Shown one piece after another: positions 1 to 14,700 of a stretch of 64,000 nucleotides of DNA (positions within the stretch are counted from its first letter, which is position 1; every line of letters starts with the position of its first letter). The stretch covers positions 1 to 64,000 of the forward strand of contig FLMG01001546.1 of the NCBI GenBank assembly GCA_900088475.1, read 5' to 3'. Made by a program: the position numbers and the translations under genes. The DNA is from Hyphochytrium catenoides (lineage: Eukaryota; Protista; Hyphochytriomycota). The notes beneath the pieces are model-generated. The model saw only the letters and a list, made by a program, of their open reading frames with translations. It did not search any database and had not been told where the DNA came from.

Positions 1-528
1 TCGTAGACGCTCTTCCTCTTCTTTCTTTGGTCCTTCAATATTGGTTTTTGACACGGAGAACGCAGAAGAGGTGGTGGAGTCGTTGGAAGGCTTCTCTATT
101 GGCGATGCTCTAGTTTGTTGTCCATTGTCCGGGGCCTCTGCTGTGCTCCTTTGCTTATCTCTATTCCTTGATGCTAATGCCTCCCTCTCGTCAGCTTTGA
201 CTTGGGTTCTGGATGTCTCGCTTCGCTCCTCCTCTTCACCATCATTCACTTGGACTCTCTCACGAGTAGGGCTGATTCCTGATTTTGAGCTCTTGGGAGA
301 GCGAAGTTGAGTTGAGTCGTGAGAGAGCGCTAAGTTATAGTCGGCAATGGCCAGGTCAAATCGCCCAAGGGAGTTATACGAAGCGGCCCTGGTTTCACGT
401 GACGGTTGTTGCGGAAGCACGCGTCCAAATGGCGGAGAAAGAGAAGAGCATACGTGAGAGGGACGTAGAGAGAGGGAGAGAGGGAGGGAGGGAGAGGGAG
501 AGAGAGAGGGCGCGAGCGAGCGAGCGAG

Positions 529-567
<39 letters not shown>

Positions 568-2234
568 AACAAATAGGGGAGAGAGATGGCCAACGAGTTG
601 AAGAAGAGTAAGACGCTTAGGACAAGATTTTAAGGTACACAAGGTCTACCTAAAGCTGACACGGCAGGTGACAATAAGAAAAAAGGGCTGGTAATACTCG
701 CCAGCGGGATACAAGGAGCAGATAGAATGAGGTAGCAAGAGAAAGGTGCTGAAGACGAGCAAGCATGGCTGTTGGCTGGTGCCACAAGGAAAACCCTGGT
801 CGGCCTTACCGGGCAAAGCGCGAGCGAGCATGCCTGTGATCAATCTCTAGGACACGAGAGAAATCTGTTATGGCCTCGTGATGCGAGTTGATCTTCTGAT
901 AACAGCAGCCGCGACTTTGAACAGAGGGAGAAGCGGGATAACGTGGAGTAAAAAGAATGTAAGTAAGGAGAGGAGTATAGAACTGCCTTTGTGAAGACTC
1001 TCACGGATGGAGCCTAGCCAGGATTGCTAGTCAGAGAGGAACAGAGGAACATAGAGACAAAAGGGAGTGCTGGAGGAGAAAGAAGAGAGAGAAAGAAACC
1101 AAGCTCCTTGCGGGACCAAATAGTATGACTGAGACGCAGTAGCGGCTACAGATGCAAAGAATTTGGAGTCCATCCACAAGTGCGCCGCCTACCTGTAGAG
1201 CGCCATGACATCATCTGGTGCTATTGAGATGGCCTGAGACAGGTCCTCAACTGCCAAGTGCCATTCCTATCAAAGCACGAGCAAGAAGGTGATGGTGAGG
1301 CCTCGTTGATTAGCCTAGTAAACAGAAGGAGGACAGGCAAGAATGGCGAGACATTCACCTGAGCTCCAAAGAGGGAGAGAGAGAAGATATAAGAGAAGAG
1401 GGAAGACGGAAGACAAAGACAGACACTATCTGACCGATGGAGGATGAGCCTTGGGTTCCAGAAACGACAGATAGCACTGAACCAAAGGGATATCTAGCAT
1501 ACCTGGAGCTTCATTCTAGAGGAGCCCCTGACGAAGTAAGCCTTAGCGTTCTTAGGGTCTAGGACGAGCTTCCTGGTGCACGAGTCAATGGCCTTCTCCA
1601 CCTGGGCGTTCTTCCTATAATAGTAGGTACGATTGGGGTGACTCTTCGCCTGGAGAAGATGTGACCGAGGCACCGAGGCAAACAGAAGCATCAGACTCCG
1701 ATTTAAGGCAGGGATTAGACAGCATGAGATAGAGACGGAGACAGGAAGAGATAATAAACAGAGAGAACCAGAGAGGCCGAAAGATGCAGGATGAATGATC
1801 CCTTAGTTAGGGAAAAGCCTCGTGAAAGGCCATCGGAGCTATACGCAGGACAGGGTAGATAGTTGGAGGAGATGAAGGTAGGATTGAGAAGTAGGGAACA
1901 CGAGGATACGACAGAGCCCGAAGGTGCTTGAGAAGGAACTTCAATGTCAATGAAGTAAGACGCCGAGTAGAAGGAGTAGGGGTAAGCTACGAAGAAGCCA
2001 GTAGAGTATGAACCTCTGCATCTGTTTCTATGAAGTCCTTGCGTTTTGCCAGAGGGATCTCCTCAATGCCAAGCTCAAAGAGTTCCTCATCATCCAGCTG
2101 CTTGCGCTGGGGGGATCCTGACAGAAGGATCCCTGGCGCAGGCTGGACAGCAGCCATCCCGCTTCCTTTCTGCAGACTGTTTCCCTTAGGCCCCTGTGGT
2201 ACTATTCTCTACCTCGCTTGACGAAAGACAGCAT
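1..2234 (-). CDS. TPR-repeat protein, multi-exon, 3' end runs off the window
   Basis: Hand-spliced GT-AG exons (~2234-2213, ~2117-2014, ~1649-1503, ~1266-1193, ~914-810, ~388-1) give MLSFVKRGSPQRKQLDDEELFELG...KAIDSCTRKLVLDPKNAKAYFVRGSSRMKLQEWHLAVEDLSQAISIAPDDVMALYSRGCCYQKINSHHEAITDFSRVLEIDHRHARSRFARAASYNSLGRFDLAIADYNLAL. These are consecutive 34-aa TPR units followed by a charged low-complexity region. The start codon is uncertain. Confidence 0.8.
466..562. repeat. (GA)n/(GAGC)n microsatellite in a TPR-gene intron
   Basis: Directly visible gagagaga... tract. It explains the spurious ERERER ORF 285..569. Confidence 0.95.
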
Positions 2235-2579
2235 CTCCAGCTTCAACCTCGGCGTCCGTTCCGCAAGCCGAGGAAGTGGTCCAATGAGGAGCCAAGAATG
2301 GGCGGTAACCACTTGGATATCGATCAGGGGGCCGAGTACCTTGAAGAGAGTGCTTAGAGATATTAAGGACTTCTGGCGTATCTGCCATACCGAGACCTAG
2401 AAACACCTAGGTCTTGCCAGAGACATTGCACCAAAGACTCGGAAGGACGTAAGGGAGAGAGATTCCTCCAAGCACTAGGGGAGAAGTCAGGCGTACCCAT
2501 GATAAGCTCACCACTCCTGGTCATAGCGGGTGAGGCGGGAAAGCGACATAGACAAAGGCCGGGCACATTGGAAGACACT

Positions 2580-2680
2580 AGAGAGAGAGAGAGAGAGAGG
2601 GTGTGAGAGAGTGAGAGAGTGAGAGACAGAGAGTGAGAGAGAGAGAGAGAGAGGGAGAGAGAGAGAGAGAAAGAGAGAGA
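2580..2680. repeat. Imperfect (GA)n microsatellite
   Basis: Directly visible. It explains the spurious SLSLSL ORFs. Confidence 0.95.
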
Positions 2681-3070
2681 AGGTATTTGAACCAAGAAAA
2701 CAGAAGAATGTAATGTAGGACTTGGCCCTCTGGAGGAAGGAGTGAAGGGTTCTGACCTTCTGATGGCTGAGGATGGGAGTGTAACTCCCTCATGTGATTA
2801 TCATATACCGGTTATCCAATTGAGGATGGGTAATACATTTCAAGGCCTAGAGATGGCTTTTATACTACCAAACCCTTGCTTAGGGGCGCCCACCCACCAT
2901 GGTAAAAGTTATCTTGCGCGGGTCGACGAGAATCAGAACTTTCTGCTCCCCACCCCACCCACCACCAACGCATTGTGGTGAACTAGCTACCTTGCAAAGT
3001 GCCTCCTCGCCCATCCACCCCTCAAATTCTTGTCCCTGATTCTGCGGTCGAAAGCTGGCGAAGAGGCTGA

Positions 3071-4473
3071 TTGATGCTCAGCTGGGAAGAAGAGAGGATT
3101 AGAGGGCAGCAAGGAGCGTTTGGTTGCGACGCAAAGGCAAGCGGCGTCATGAGGAGAGGACAGCAGAGGGAGGGTGAAGCCGTGGTCAAGCCGCCGGACG
3201 CGGACGGACTAGAAGCGCAGGGTCGTCAGGCGCAGAAGCACGCTGGACAGGTAGGAACCCAGTTTGGCAGGAGCGAGAACTACCAGCTTTGTCTCGCTCT
3301 GCTGCCGATAATGCTAGGCTTTCACCGGCAATGGTGGAGGATATGACGGAACTAGTGCCGGCGAGCGATGGAACAACCCTTCCGTTGCAAAAAACGTAAG
3401 CCAGAATTAGAGAATACTAACCCTGTCGGGGACAAGGAAGGTTCCGACCGGGGGAAAGAGTGGCAGGGAGCACGGACTAGAATGTTCGCTGGCGATCTCT
3501 GCCAGTGAGCGTAATGGCTCGCTTGGCGTAGACAGGAAGGGCGGCGACAGAAGGGTTCGAACGTCAGGAAGCGCTCGTAGGCCTGTTAAATCTTCGTTGT
3601 ACCAGGCATATGCTCACCCGACAAACAGAGAAACAGTCAATCATTCACGTTGCAGCCGGAAGCTGTCACTCCAGTCACCCATATTCCCGACTCCACTCAA
3701 GTCTCCCTTCAGTACCCTACAACACCCAGAAGGAATTCAGTGGAGGATCAGCGCCTTTGTCGGCCAAGCGTGAGCTCTAGAGCAGGCCGCCTTGTCTGTT
3801 ACTGCCGCAGCCATAGTTCTATAGCTTTGCAGGAGATGTGTCTAGATCTCGGCGGACTAGTTCGCCCACGACAGTCGTGACTACACTCGTGAAAGGAGCT
3901 ATCTGGCGCTCACCTAAGCTCAATGAGAGACATCAGACATCTAGAGTAAAGTATATGAAGGCTTCTAAGCTGTTGAGTATAGCTTTGAGGTACCCTAAAC
4001 CAGGATAGGGCTATACTAATGAGTTACAGCATTGAGCGCCTATAAAGCGGTTAGAATTTCAAAGGACACATAGCTCAGTCGAGGGAGTTCGAGGGTGGCA
4101 TAGGAGGATTGCCATAAGCCTCAGACAGCTAGGATGCTCATCTGGAGCTACCTGGCCAGACGAGAGAGGAGCTCAATGACCTCCACTCACTGAGATGGAT
4201 GGGGCTCAAGGCAGTGGAAGCGACAGCCTCCGCCTTCTTCGCTGGTACCCTGACTGTTTGGTGAGGGCTCCGTCGAACGATGTCCTCACAGAGAGTAGTT
4301 CTTGACATCTGCTTTCCTTTCTTGTAGATTCCCGACTTGCTGTACAATCAACTTCACACCAACTTGCAGCCCACGTCAACCAGGAGGTCGGTGCTGCCTT
4401 CAGTTAGAGTTGACATATGGCTCTCTCAAGCTTTCAACTGCATAGCACAAGACACCCGGGGACGATTCACTTA
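3071..4473 (+). CDS. Possible multi-exon hypothetical gene
   Basis: Several plausible donors and acceptors (CAG|GTAGGA ~3250, AC|GTAAGC ~3395, TTG|GTGAGG ~4260, ttgtag| ~4327) with short open exons. No recognisable motif and no unique splice path. Confidence 0.25.
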
Positions 4474-5310
4474 AAAACTCTGTGCACCTTCGTCAGCTTC
4501 GTGTGCCGCTTTTGCCTTCTGGCCTCCCGTGCCAAGTTCTGAATTCGCTTCTTGGCTGCTTTGGCGTTAGGTGGCTCAAAGCCCATCTTCAGGGCCACAT
4601 TGCCCACACCTCCATGTTTCTTTCTGATGGCCATCAGCAATTCAGCAAACCCGTTCTCCTTCAGGAATTTTGAGCTTGGAGGGGAGTTGAGTTTTTGCTC
4701 CCTCATAATGAAGCGCAGTGACTGTCAAAGATCAAGGTAAATCGCAGCATTAGACCTCTAAGATATGCAAACCGGATACAGAGAGACACTGTTCAGAGAT
4801 CGGAAACACGCACAGTGGAGAAAGAGCTGGACGAGATAGGGTCAAGGCTTTCAGCCCGTTTTTTCACCCTTAAAGACGGCGGCAGAGGACCAGGTGGTGT
4901 GGCAAATAGTGGAAGTGAAATTAGTGCAAAAGACCTTCCAAAGCTAGCCGACCTAAGATCAAGGAAATAGGAGACACTTAGGCCGACAATGCAGTCGAAT
5001 TAGAGCTGAGCCCTTTCCAACCCAGGACTGCTTAAAGCCTCGTTTATTTGCGTTGTCTTACCTGCATTACAACGGTCAGGTTCTTCCAGTCAGGCTTCCC
5101 GTCCTTGTTCTGCCCAGAACTTGGCAGCTTAGTTTGTTGAGGCGGCGGAGCCGGTGACTCTATCAGGGATGCCTTGATATTCGGTCGGGCCCGACTGAAG
5201 TGCCGGACTGTCAGAGACAGGAACGGCGGTACCTGCCTGAGTGGGAGAGATAAAAACGGCCGTAGGGCGATAACATTGATTGTGGAACAGAGGTTTGTGA
5301 AGACCGCCAT
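4467..5310 (-). CDS. Organelle-targeted (probably mitochondrial) small basic protein with a PTST2/3-N-terminal-like 'HGG-VA' helical motif
   Basis: Two exons, 5310-5062 and 4721-4467 (CAG|GTAAGA...tgacag|). The N-terminus is Arg/Ser/Leu-rich and lacks acidic residues, like a presequence. The core is DWKNLTVVMQSLRFIMREQKLNSPPSSKFLKENGFAELLMAIRKKHGGVGNVALKMG. Confidence 0.7.
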
Positions 5311-6161
5311 AGTATTGAGCTCGGCAAATCAAAGGTAAGCTGTCAGCTGCCACAGGCCTGAAAAGCCAGGGGTCCTTCTTTGATGGGCGGGCGGTGGTTG
5401 AGAAGCCGTGAAGGTAGGGAAAGGCCGATGTGGCTCTCACTGCACTCTGTAAATGAAGGAGCAGCTGCTCAATCCCTAATACTTCGGACAGACTGTTCTC
5501 TTCATAAGGGCACAGCTACTCCTTAATGACCCTGTCCAAGCCAGTTGCTCTTTTCTTCCTCTCATGGCCGTCTCTGCGCGAGCGCTGATCTCTGCCTCTG
5601 TCTCTTGGTAAGGCACCGCCGCTTTGTCTTCCGTTCTGAATGTCCTCGGACGCTCCTTCAGAAAGTTCAGAAGCCCGCTCATCACCTCCCTCACACTTTA
5701 CACTGTGCCACCAATCACCCCAACACTCCTCCAGGAGCAGAACTATCGATACATTTCGGCATTCTTAAGTCTATTTCCTCCTAATATTAACCATCTCTTA
5801 TAGTGAAACATACAAACCTGCAATCCTATTTGTTCAATTTCCTTACCGCTAACGGCCTGCATGTCATGGGGAAGACCGTCACATGATTGCGGCCTTGGAC
5901 CCAGGCGATGATGAGATCCAACGTGACAAGAGCTTCATCCCAGAGTCAGCCACAGAGCTTCAGAGACACAAGCTCAGGACGAAGATCCTCGGGAGATCGT
6001 CCACAAAGTACTGCTCACTTCCTGCCAAGCGCTAACCTACATTAAGCTCTGCGCTGTAGGGTGGACCTGCATAGAAGGTTGCACGGAATTATCGGTTCAC
6101 GGCGATAAGAGAGAGACTTTTGCCGGCCTCCCTGCTTTAGCAAGCCAACCTTTTCTTCGCA

Positions 6162-8403
<2,242 letters not shown>

Positions 8404-8729
8404 AAAGAGAGAGGTAGAATAGATGGTGACACTTTCGGATGTCAGCCTTATGCTCCTACGAATGGTCCAAGGAGTGAGAGTCAGGCGGACACATAGGCAT
8501 GCACAGGCCCAGGGTCACAAAGAGAAGAAGTTGCGGGAAAATTGTGTGCCCTTGTTAGCTCACGGTACTTTTGTTATCACTTATTTATTCAACCGAATAT
8601 TGCCTGGACTTCTAGTTAGACTTCTGCCGCATCGACGAAATGAGTCTACGAGCTAGAATGGGAGAAGGATGACAGATAAGGACAGCGTAACGGAGATGAG
8701 TTCAAAGATCCAGCGGACGAGAAAAGCGG

Positions 8730-11700
8730 TCAGATTGCTTTCCCTAGACGGATCCCAAGCTCCTGCATCTGTTGACGGGATCTAAACGTTAAGGAGTAGG
8801 AGCCGTGATGCTGTGTGTCTACCTTCTCTGCTATACTCTGCCAGAGCTGCTCAACTGACTGAGGGAGGGAAGATGGAAAGGAGAGAAGTTGTCCGTTGAC
8901 GCGGATAAGATAATCTCCCACTCGGATCGCTCCGGTCTTCTTGGCAATGTCGTAGCGATTCACGCTTGAGACAACAATTTGTCCCTGACATCGATCAGCA
9001 CAAGGAAGAGAGCTGTGAGATAGAAGATAGACAAGAGCGGACTGCGAGCGCTTTGGTAGGTGGAAAACTACGTGAGTTGAGTGGGGCAGAACTGAATAAG
9101 AGCATTCGGTGAAGCATAAAGATCATACCACTATAACAGTAGAAAGCAAGGCAAGGGCCGTAAGGGCCAGGAGGGAACAGGATGCGGTCAAACCATATTG
9201 TTACCTCGTCTGCGGCGAGATTGATGCCTAAAGGTCCGGGAAGAAAAGCGCAGTTCCTTAGCTCCAGCTCCCCGGACTCTAATGTCTTGCGTTGGAAAGT
9301 GATGCAGCGGGGCACAGCCTTAGCCTGAATCCAGCGAGACCCCGTCAGAAAATGATGCGGCTAATATAGACGCAAAGATAGGCTCTCTTCATGCTTTTCT
9401 TTCTTACATCCAAGTCCCTGATCATCTTAACAACGTCTGGAAGCTGTTGACCTCTTACGTCCGTGCCATTGACGGCGACCAACACATCCCCAACTTTAAG
9501 GTCTAAGACTTCCCCTTCTGCGTTACTCGCACCAAGCTCTGTATAGCAGTTGTGAGTCGTTACATTGGGTCAAAGCAAAAGCAGTGGCTCTCTCAGAACC
9601 CAAGACGTAACAGGAGAAAAAAAATTGGCATTGAGCAAGGTCATTCCCACCTTTGATCGTCCCAATTCCCTCCTCGCTTACAGCTAATACCAGCCCAGGC
9701 GGGGGATACTTATCAAAGACCACATGATAATCAATGGGGCGTCTGAAGCGGAGGACAGAAGGGGGCTGAAGAACTCTAAACAGAGAAATGGCCTCTGATG
9801 GATTAAGGCTTGACACTTGCTTTCTTCCAATAGAAAGCAGAAGATCTCCTTTCTGGATCTCTATACCATGAGATGTCATCCGAGCACTCCGGGGGATGCT
9901 GCCAAACGCGGCAACCTGAACACCATTCGCGCACTACTCCATCGTTGTGAGAGAGCGTTAGCCATATGTCCCCAAGTAGTAGTCATACAAAATAGAAGAG
10001 GGTGGATGAATGTGCTAATAACAGAGGATCGAGACTCGCGTACGCATCAAAGGGTCAAGGGGTAAGGGTAAGAATGCATAAGTAGCATGAGTCAAAAGTG
10101 AAGAGAAGTGAAAAGCATTACGGACGGACTCGTTCTCACCAAGGGTAAGGGCTCCAGCTTCAAAGAGGCAAGAGCAGACGTATATTCAGCAACATAATCC
10201 ATCGCTGCTCTATCCTTCAGCGCGGAAGGAGCAGGAGAAAAGCGGAGAGTTAGAGGTCGAGGGACAGTCTCCAGTAGCTCCAGAACTTCGGGATTTGACA
10301 CTTGAGTCAACGAGAGTCCTAACCGGGACGAGAAACGCACAGAGCAGTTAAAATCCTCATTTCTGGTAAGTCTATCCGGACTCTTGTAGGAGCTTTAGGT
10401 AGACACAGAGAAGGACCAAGCCAGCTTGCACGTAGCTGCTCACCATTGATGGCCACTAAGCTGTATCCTTCTTTTACTGCACCGGAGAGTTCAACATCAC
10501 TCTTGTCACCGTCCGCAGTGGGTAAGAATCCTTTGACAACCAAGGGCCGTGTGGCGCCTGGACCGAAAAGGAACAGCCATCATTAGCGGCCAGAGTATCA
10601 AATGAGCAACAGGAATGGCAAAATACTTAATGATGCACAGGGAATAAGCAAAAACCCGCAGGCGGGTACCACAGAGCAACAAAAGGGACGAGAGGCCCAG
10701 GATTCGAAAGAGAGAGAGCAAACCGCGTTCCAAATGCAGGCGTCTAGTAGTTCTGCGCTGACGACTGAGAAAGGCTACGAAAGGAAGTCGATACCTGCAG
10801 ATATCCAAGCTATGCCAATATCTTTCTGGTTGACATTAATGTCGAGCTCCCCAGGCCGCAATGGCACTTCTTCAGCACCCTTCCAGCTCTTAGCTTCCGG
10901 GAGTGACTTGAGGTCAATACCTGGAAAACCCAATGACGGTACAAGAAGTCGTTAGTGGATGGGAGCGGAAGAACGAGAGGCCACGATTCTGCATTCCTAG
11001 TGTGGCGCACTTCAACAGGCTTGGAGACGTCTCAAGTCTTGGAGGAGCTTTTTGTCATTCAGCCCCACTCCCTAAATTGATCTCTTACTCTGGCCCTGTA
11101 GGACAAGCCATCATGGCCAATACCTGATAGCTTCAGGAGGATGGGCCAGTATCCCTCGGTTGACCCCTTAAGCAACATGTTGAGGCGACTGAGAAATTTC
11201 CCCATGTGGATCATGAGGGACTCCTCCAACTTCAAGGTTATATAACGACGGATATCATCTTGAAAGAGCCCAGCCTATCAAAGGCATCACAGGGTGACAA
11301 AGAATACGAGGACGAACCTTGTCGTCAGGGGGAAAAATATAAGGTAGACGCCAGTACACTCACTTGCAGAAGGTGCTTATAGGTTCAAAGTGAAATAGAA
11401 GCAGACATGCCCTTGGATAACCACATAGCACTTGGCGACAATGGAACTCTGAGAGGAGAAAGAAGACCAAAGGGACGTAAAAAAAATGCTGCCACCATCT
11501 CAGGATGATGAGACTACTCACCAAAAAGTTATAGATGGCACTGAAGTAGCTCCCCTCAAAGGTAAGCTGGAGCTCCTCTTCAATAGCTATTTCTCGCGTC
11601 GAAAGTGCCAATCTTGGGACATCTTTCCCGTCCTGTACCAAGCGCTCTACCTGGATACGGGTGAGCTCAGTCTATCGTACGAGGCTTGCTGTGAGGCTTA

Positions 11701-14700
11701 TTTTTCCAGCAGTCAAACTTGGAAGTGACTACACAGTATTCGTCTATCATTCTCTCTATCTAATTCCCTCCTAACCTCTTGGTCGTACTCTTTTAAAAGT
11801 CTTACCTTGAATGCCAAATGTACAGACGCCCCACGTACTACAGCCTTAGCTAATCCTGCTCCCGTCACATAAGGAAAGCTCTTCTGTGGGAGCAAGAAAT
11901 CAAGACATGTCAAACCCGGCACTAGGACGTGCCAAACACGGGATGCTGAGCAGGAGAACGACGACAAGTTCAACTTTCCTTCTCATAGGACCACTCCAGC
12001 TTCGGAATTTCTGCATCAATGTTGACTGCTTCCATCACCAAAACCTGTCGAAAGGGGGAGAAGTAGGTGATTGAGGAGGATATGGCACCAAAGGAACTTT
12101 AACAAGAGCAAAGGCCAAGACCAAAGGACGGAGGAACTAGATGAATTAGAATGGAGATATGGGGAACCATAAGGCAAAGAGCTTCAGCAGAACCTCCCTA
12201 AAGCAACTTAGCAACTATGGCAATAGCGAAGGAGTTTGTTGTATAGTTGAGTACCACGATCCTTACTCTGCCGTTATGACTTGGCAATGTGTGCTCACCT
12301 CATGTGTCGCCCCGGGCTTCCCGCCCTGGACCTTTACATTTTCCTTTTTCACCTTTAATCCCGAGAGATCAATGCCAGTGATGTGGTAATGGACATCCTT
12401 CGAAGTACCACTGGAGACGTGAGAAGTAAATTAGGGCGAGATGTAGGCACAATCTATTGGAGACGGCGGTAGGGAAGACGTGGGAACACCAACATTCGCT
12501 CCTTCCGGACTTACTCAATGGGCGGAATCTCAATGTCTGGTAAGGCCGCTAAGAGAAAGTCAAGACACTGGTCCTTCATCTGGGAGGTGGAGGTGGTGGT
12601 AGTAAGGGTCAGATGTAGGAAGAGTTGGATCGGTACAGCAGGCAGAGAGGTTTTCCCCCTCACCTTAGAGATCAGCTGTGACCGGGCTAGCTCGTCCGTC
12701 GCCAGGGTTTCACCCCACGATGCTAACTCCTTCAGTAAGAGGCAGAAACATATGTCAATTCACCAATCACATTGAAACAAGGAACAGACTTGCGCTTGCT
12801 CCGATTTGCGTAAGACAAGGACTTAGAAAGCCCACCTACCTTGACGTCAATTTTCTTAATAGTGTCGTTTAGCCTTCCAGACTTTTCCTCGGCCTCCACC
12901 ATCTTCTTAGCTCTTTCTATAATGTTACGGCTGTGAGGGCTGCTCTCCATCTGCCTCAAGTACTGCTCGCCTTGGCTAAGAATGACGGAGGCTGACTCCA
13001 GAACTGAAGAGGATGGAAGAGAAAGGGCTGAAAGGTCGGGAAGAGTTGATAGGGAGATTCCCTCATCCAGCGCTATCTTCTCCATCTTTTGAAGGTAACT
13101 CTGAGTAAACAAACACATTAATATAAGGAGAGAGGAATGTACATGTACCATCATTACTCTCCAAAAGATGTAAAAATAAAGGCCATGACGCTAGAATGAC
13201 ACGAGACACTCAACCAAGACGCAGGCTTATCCCAAAGTCGATATCTATGGGTGCGATGATCCTAGTCTGACTTTCGTCGCAACTAATAACGTTACCTACC
13301 CTTGCCATCTCCGAGGAGGCTTCCATTCCAGTATCAGGTTTCGAATTCCCAAACCCGCGAAGAGCATCTGCCCCCTTATCAAAGCCGGCGTCTAATGGGA
13401 CTGCCTGGTTCGCCATGGAAGTAAGAAGAATAAGAGCGCCACAGAATCTTGTCCCAAATGGAAAAATAGAGGTACATGAAGATGCGCGCTGTGTGTGACA
13501 AATAGGCCGCTTGGGGCTTGAAAGGACCTGGCTGTGCGAAGCAAACCAAGCAGAGCTTCCCACCTTCCTTTTCTCCTGTATGAGCTGCTCTATGTCCTTC
13601 ATCAGAGACCTAGCTTCCTCACTCTGGTGCACTTGGTTCAGTACGCCCTTAGCCCGTGATAATAACTACATGCAGGCAGCCCCGAGAGTTAGAGAATTGG
13701 CCAGACAGTCGACTGCTGAGACATAAGTGGACAAAGGCAAGTGACCGGCACAGTAAGGACCAAAGCTCTCACGGTTCATAGAGAGCGCAAAAGCGCCGTG
13801 GAGAAACAAAGCTTAGTAGTAAGATAAACAGTAAAAGCCAAGAGGAGCTTGTGAAAGATGTTGCTAACAACGAAGGCAGAGGAGTCGCCTTTGGCCAACC
13901 TCCATGGATTCTCCGGCAAGCACACTGCTTCTCCTGATCTCATTTAGGCTCAGCAGACTGCTATTTAACATTTTCAGCAGGCGTTCGACAGTCTCACTCT
14001 CTATGACAACAAAAAGTGATGATGAGAACGGATAACACCTTGGGCAAGATAGAATGTAAAACCTCTACGTCACATCATTGGCATTTGGCTTCAGGAAACA
14101 GAATGGAGGATAATGGGCAAAGCAGTGGAGAGAGTTGATTATACCACGTGCATTCTGAAGGGCAGCAGCGGCTGCTATGATCTGCTGGTCAAGCTGAAGC
14201 ATGAGCACCCTATCGCCTGTCATCTAGAGAAATTACACTGTAAGAACTCGTATCGATTGTTAACGCTGTGAGGTATAGGGACCGGCTCAGGCGCAACGTC
14301 CCTTCCCTGCACGAGTCCTTGGCCGCCGTCATGTATGTGTATATATGGCCTGAGTTTCTAGCAGTTACCTTCAGCTACTTTAATCAGTCATCTAGATCTT
14401 CCTCAAGCTCACGCTTTTGCCGTCTTTGTGTCTCTCTCTTTCGCTTCTCTAACCTAGAAGTCTTTATTCATTCTTCCCGCTTCGTCATCGAGAACCATAA
14501 AGCAGGTGTTCGGCCCTACCTTATTTTCCTTACTCTCATGGGTTTCCTCCACCACGGAGTAGATCCTATCGATTGCTTCCTCGGCTCGCCTGCATATCTC
14601 CACCACCTTGTCTCTCGTCACTTCTACGCTCAGGCCCTTACAAACCCAGGCAGGGAAAGAGTGAAGTGGCCGGTTAAGTAGCAGTCAAGCCGGAGAGGGG

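Noticed and set aside
285-569. ORFs with ERERER or SLSLSL runs (also 2363-2793)
   Set aside because: Translations of (GA)n microsatellites in intronic or upstream DNA.
2945-2970. C-rich tract (possible G-quadruplex on the minus strand) in a putative promoter
   Set aside because: Only three runs of 3 or more G and no other support.
10320-10445. Possible GC donor in the PDZ gene (CGT|GCAAGC)
   Set aside because: The canonical AAT G|GTGAGC...ttag|GA splice gives a better PDZ sequence (AINGLSLTQVSNPEV).
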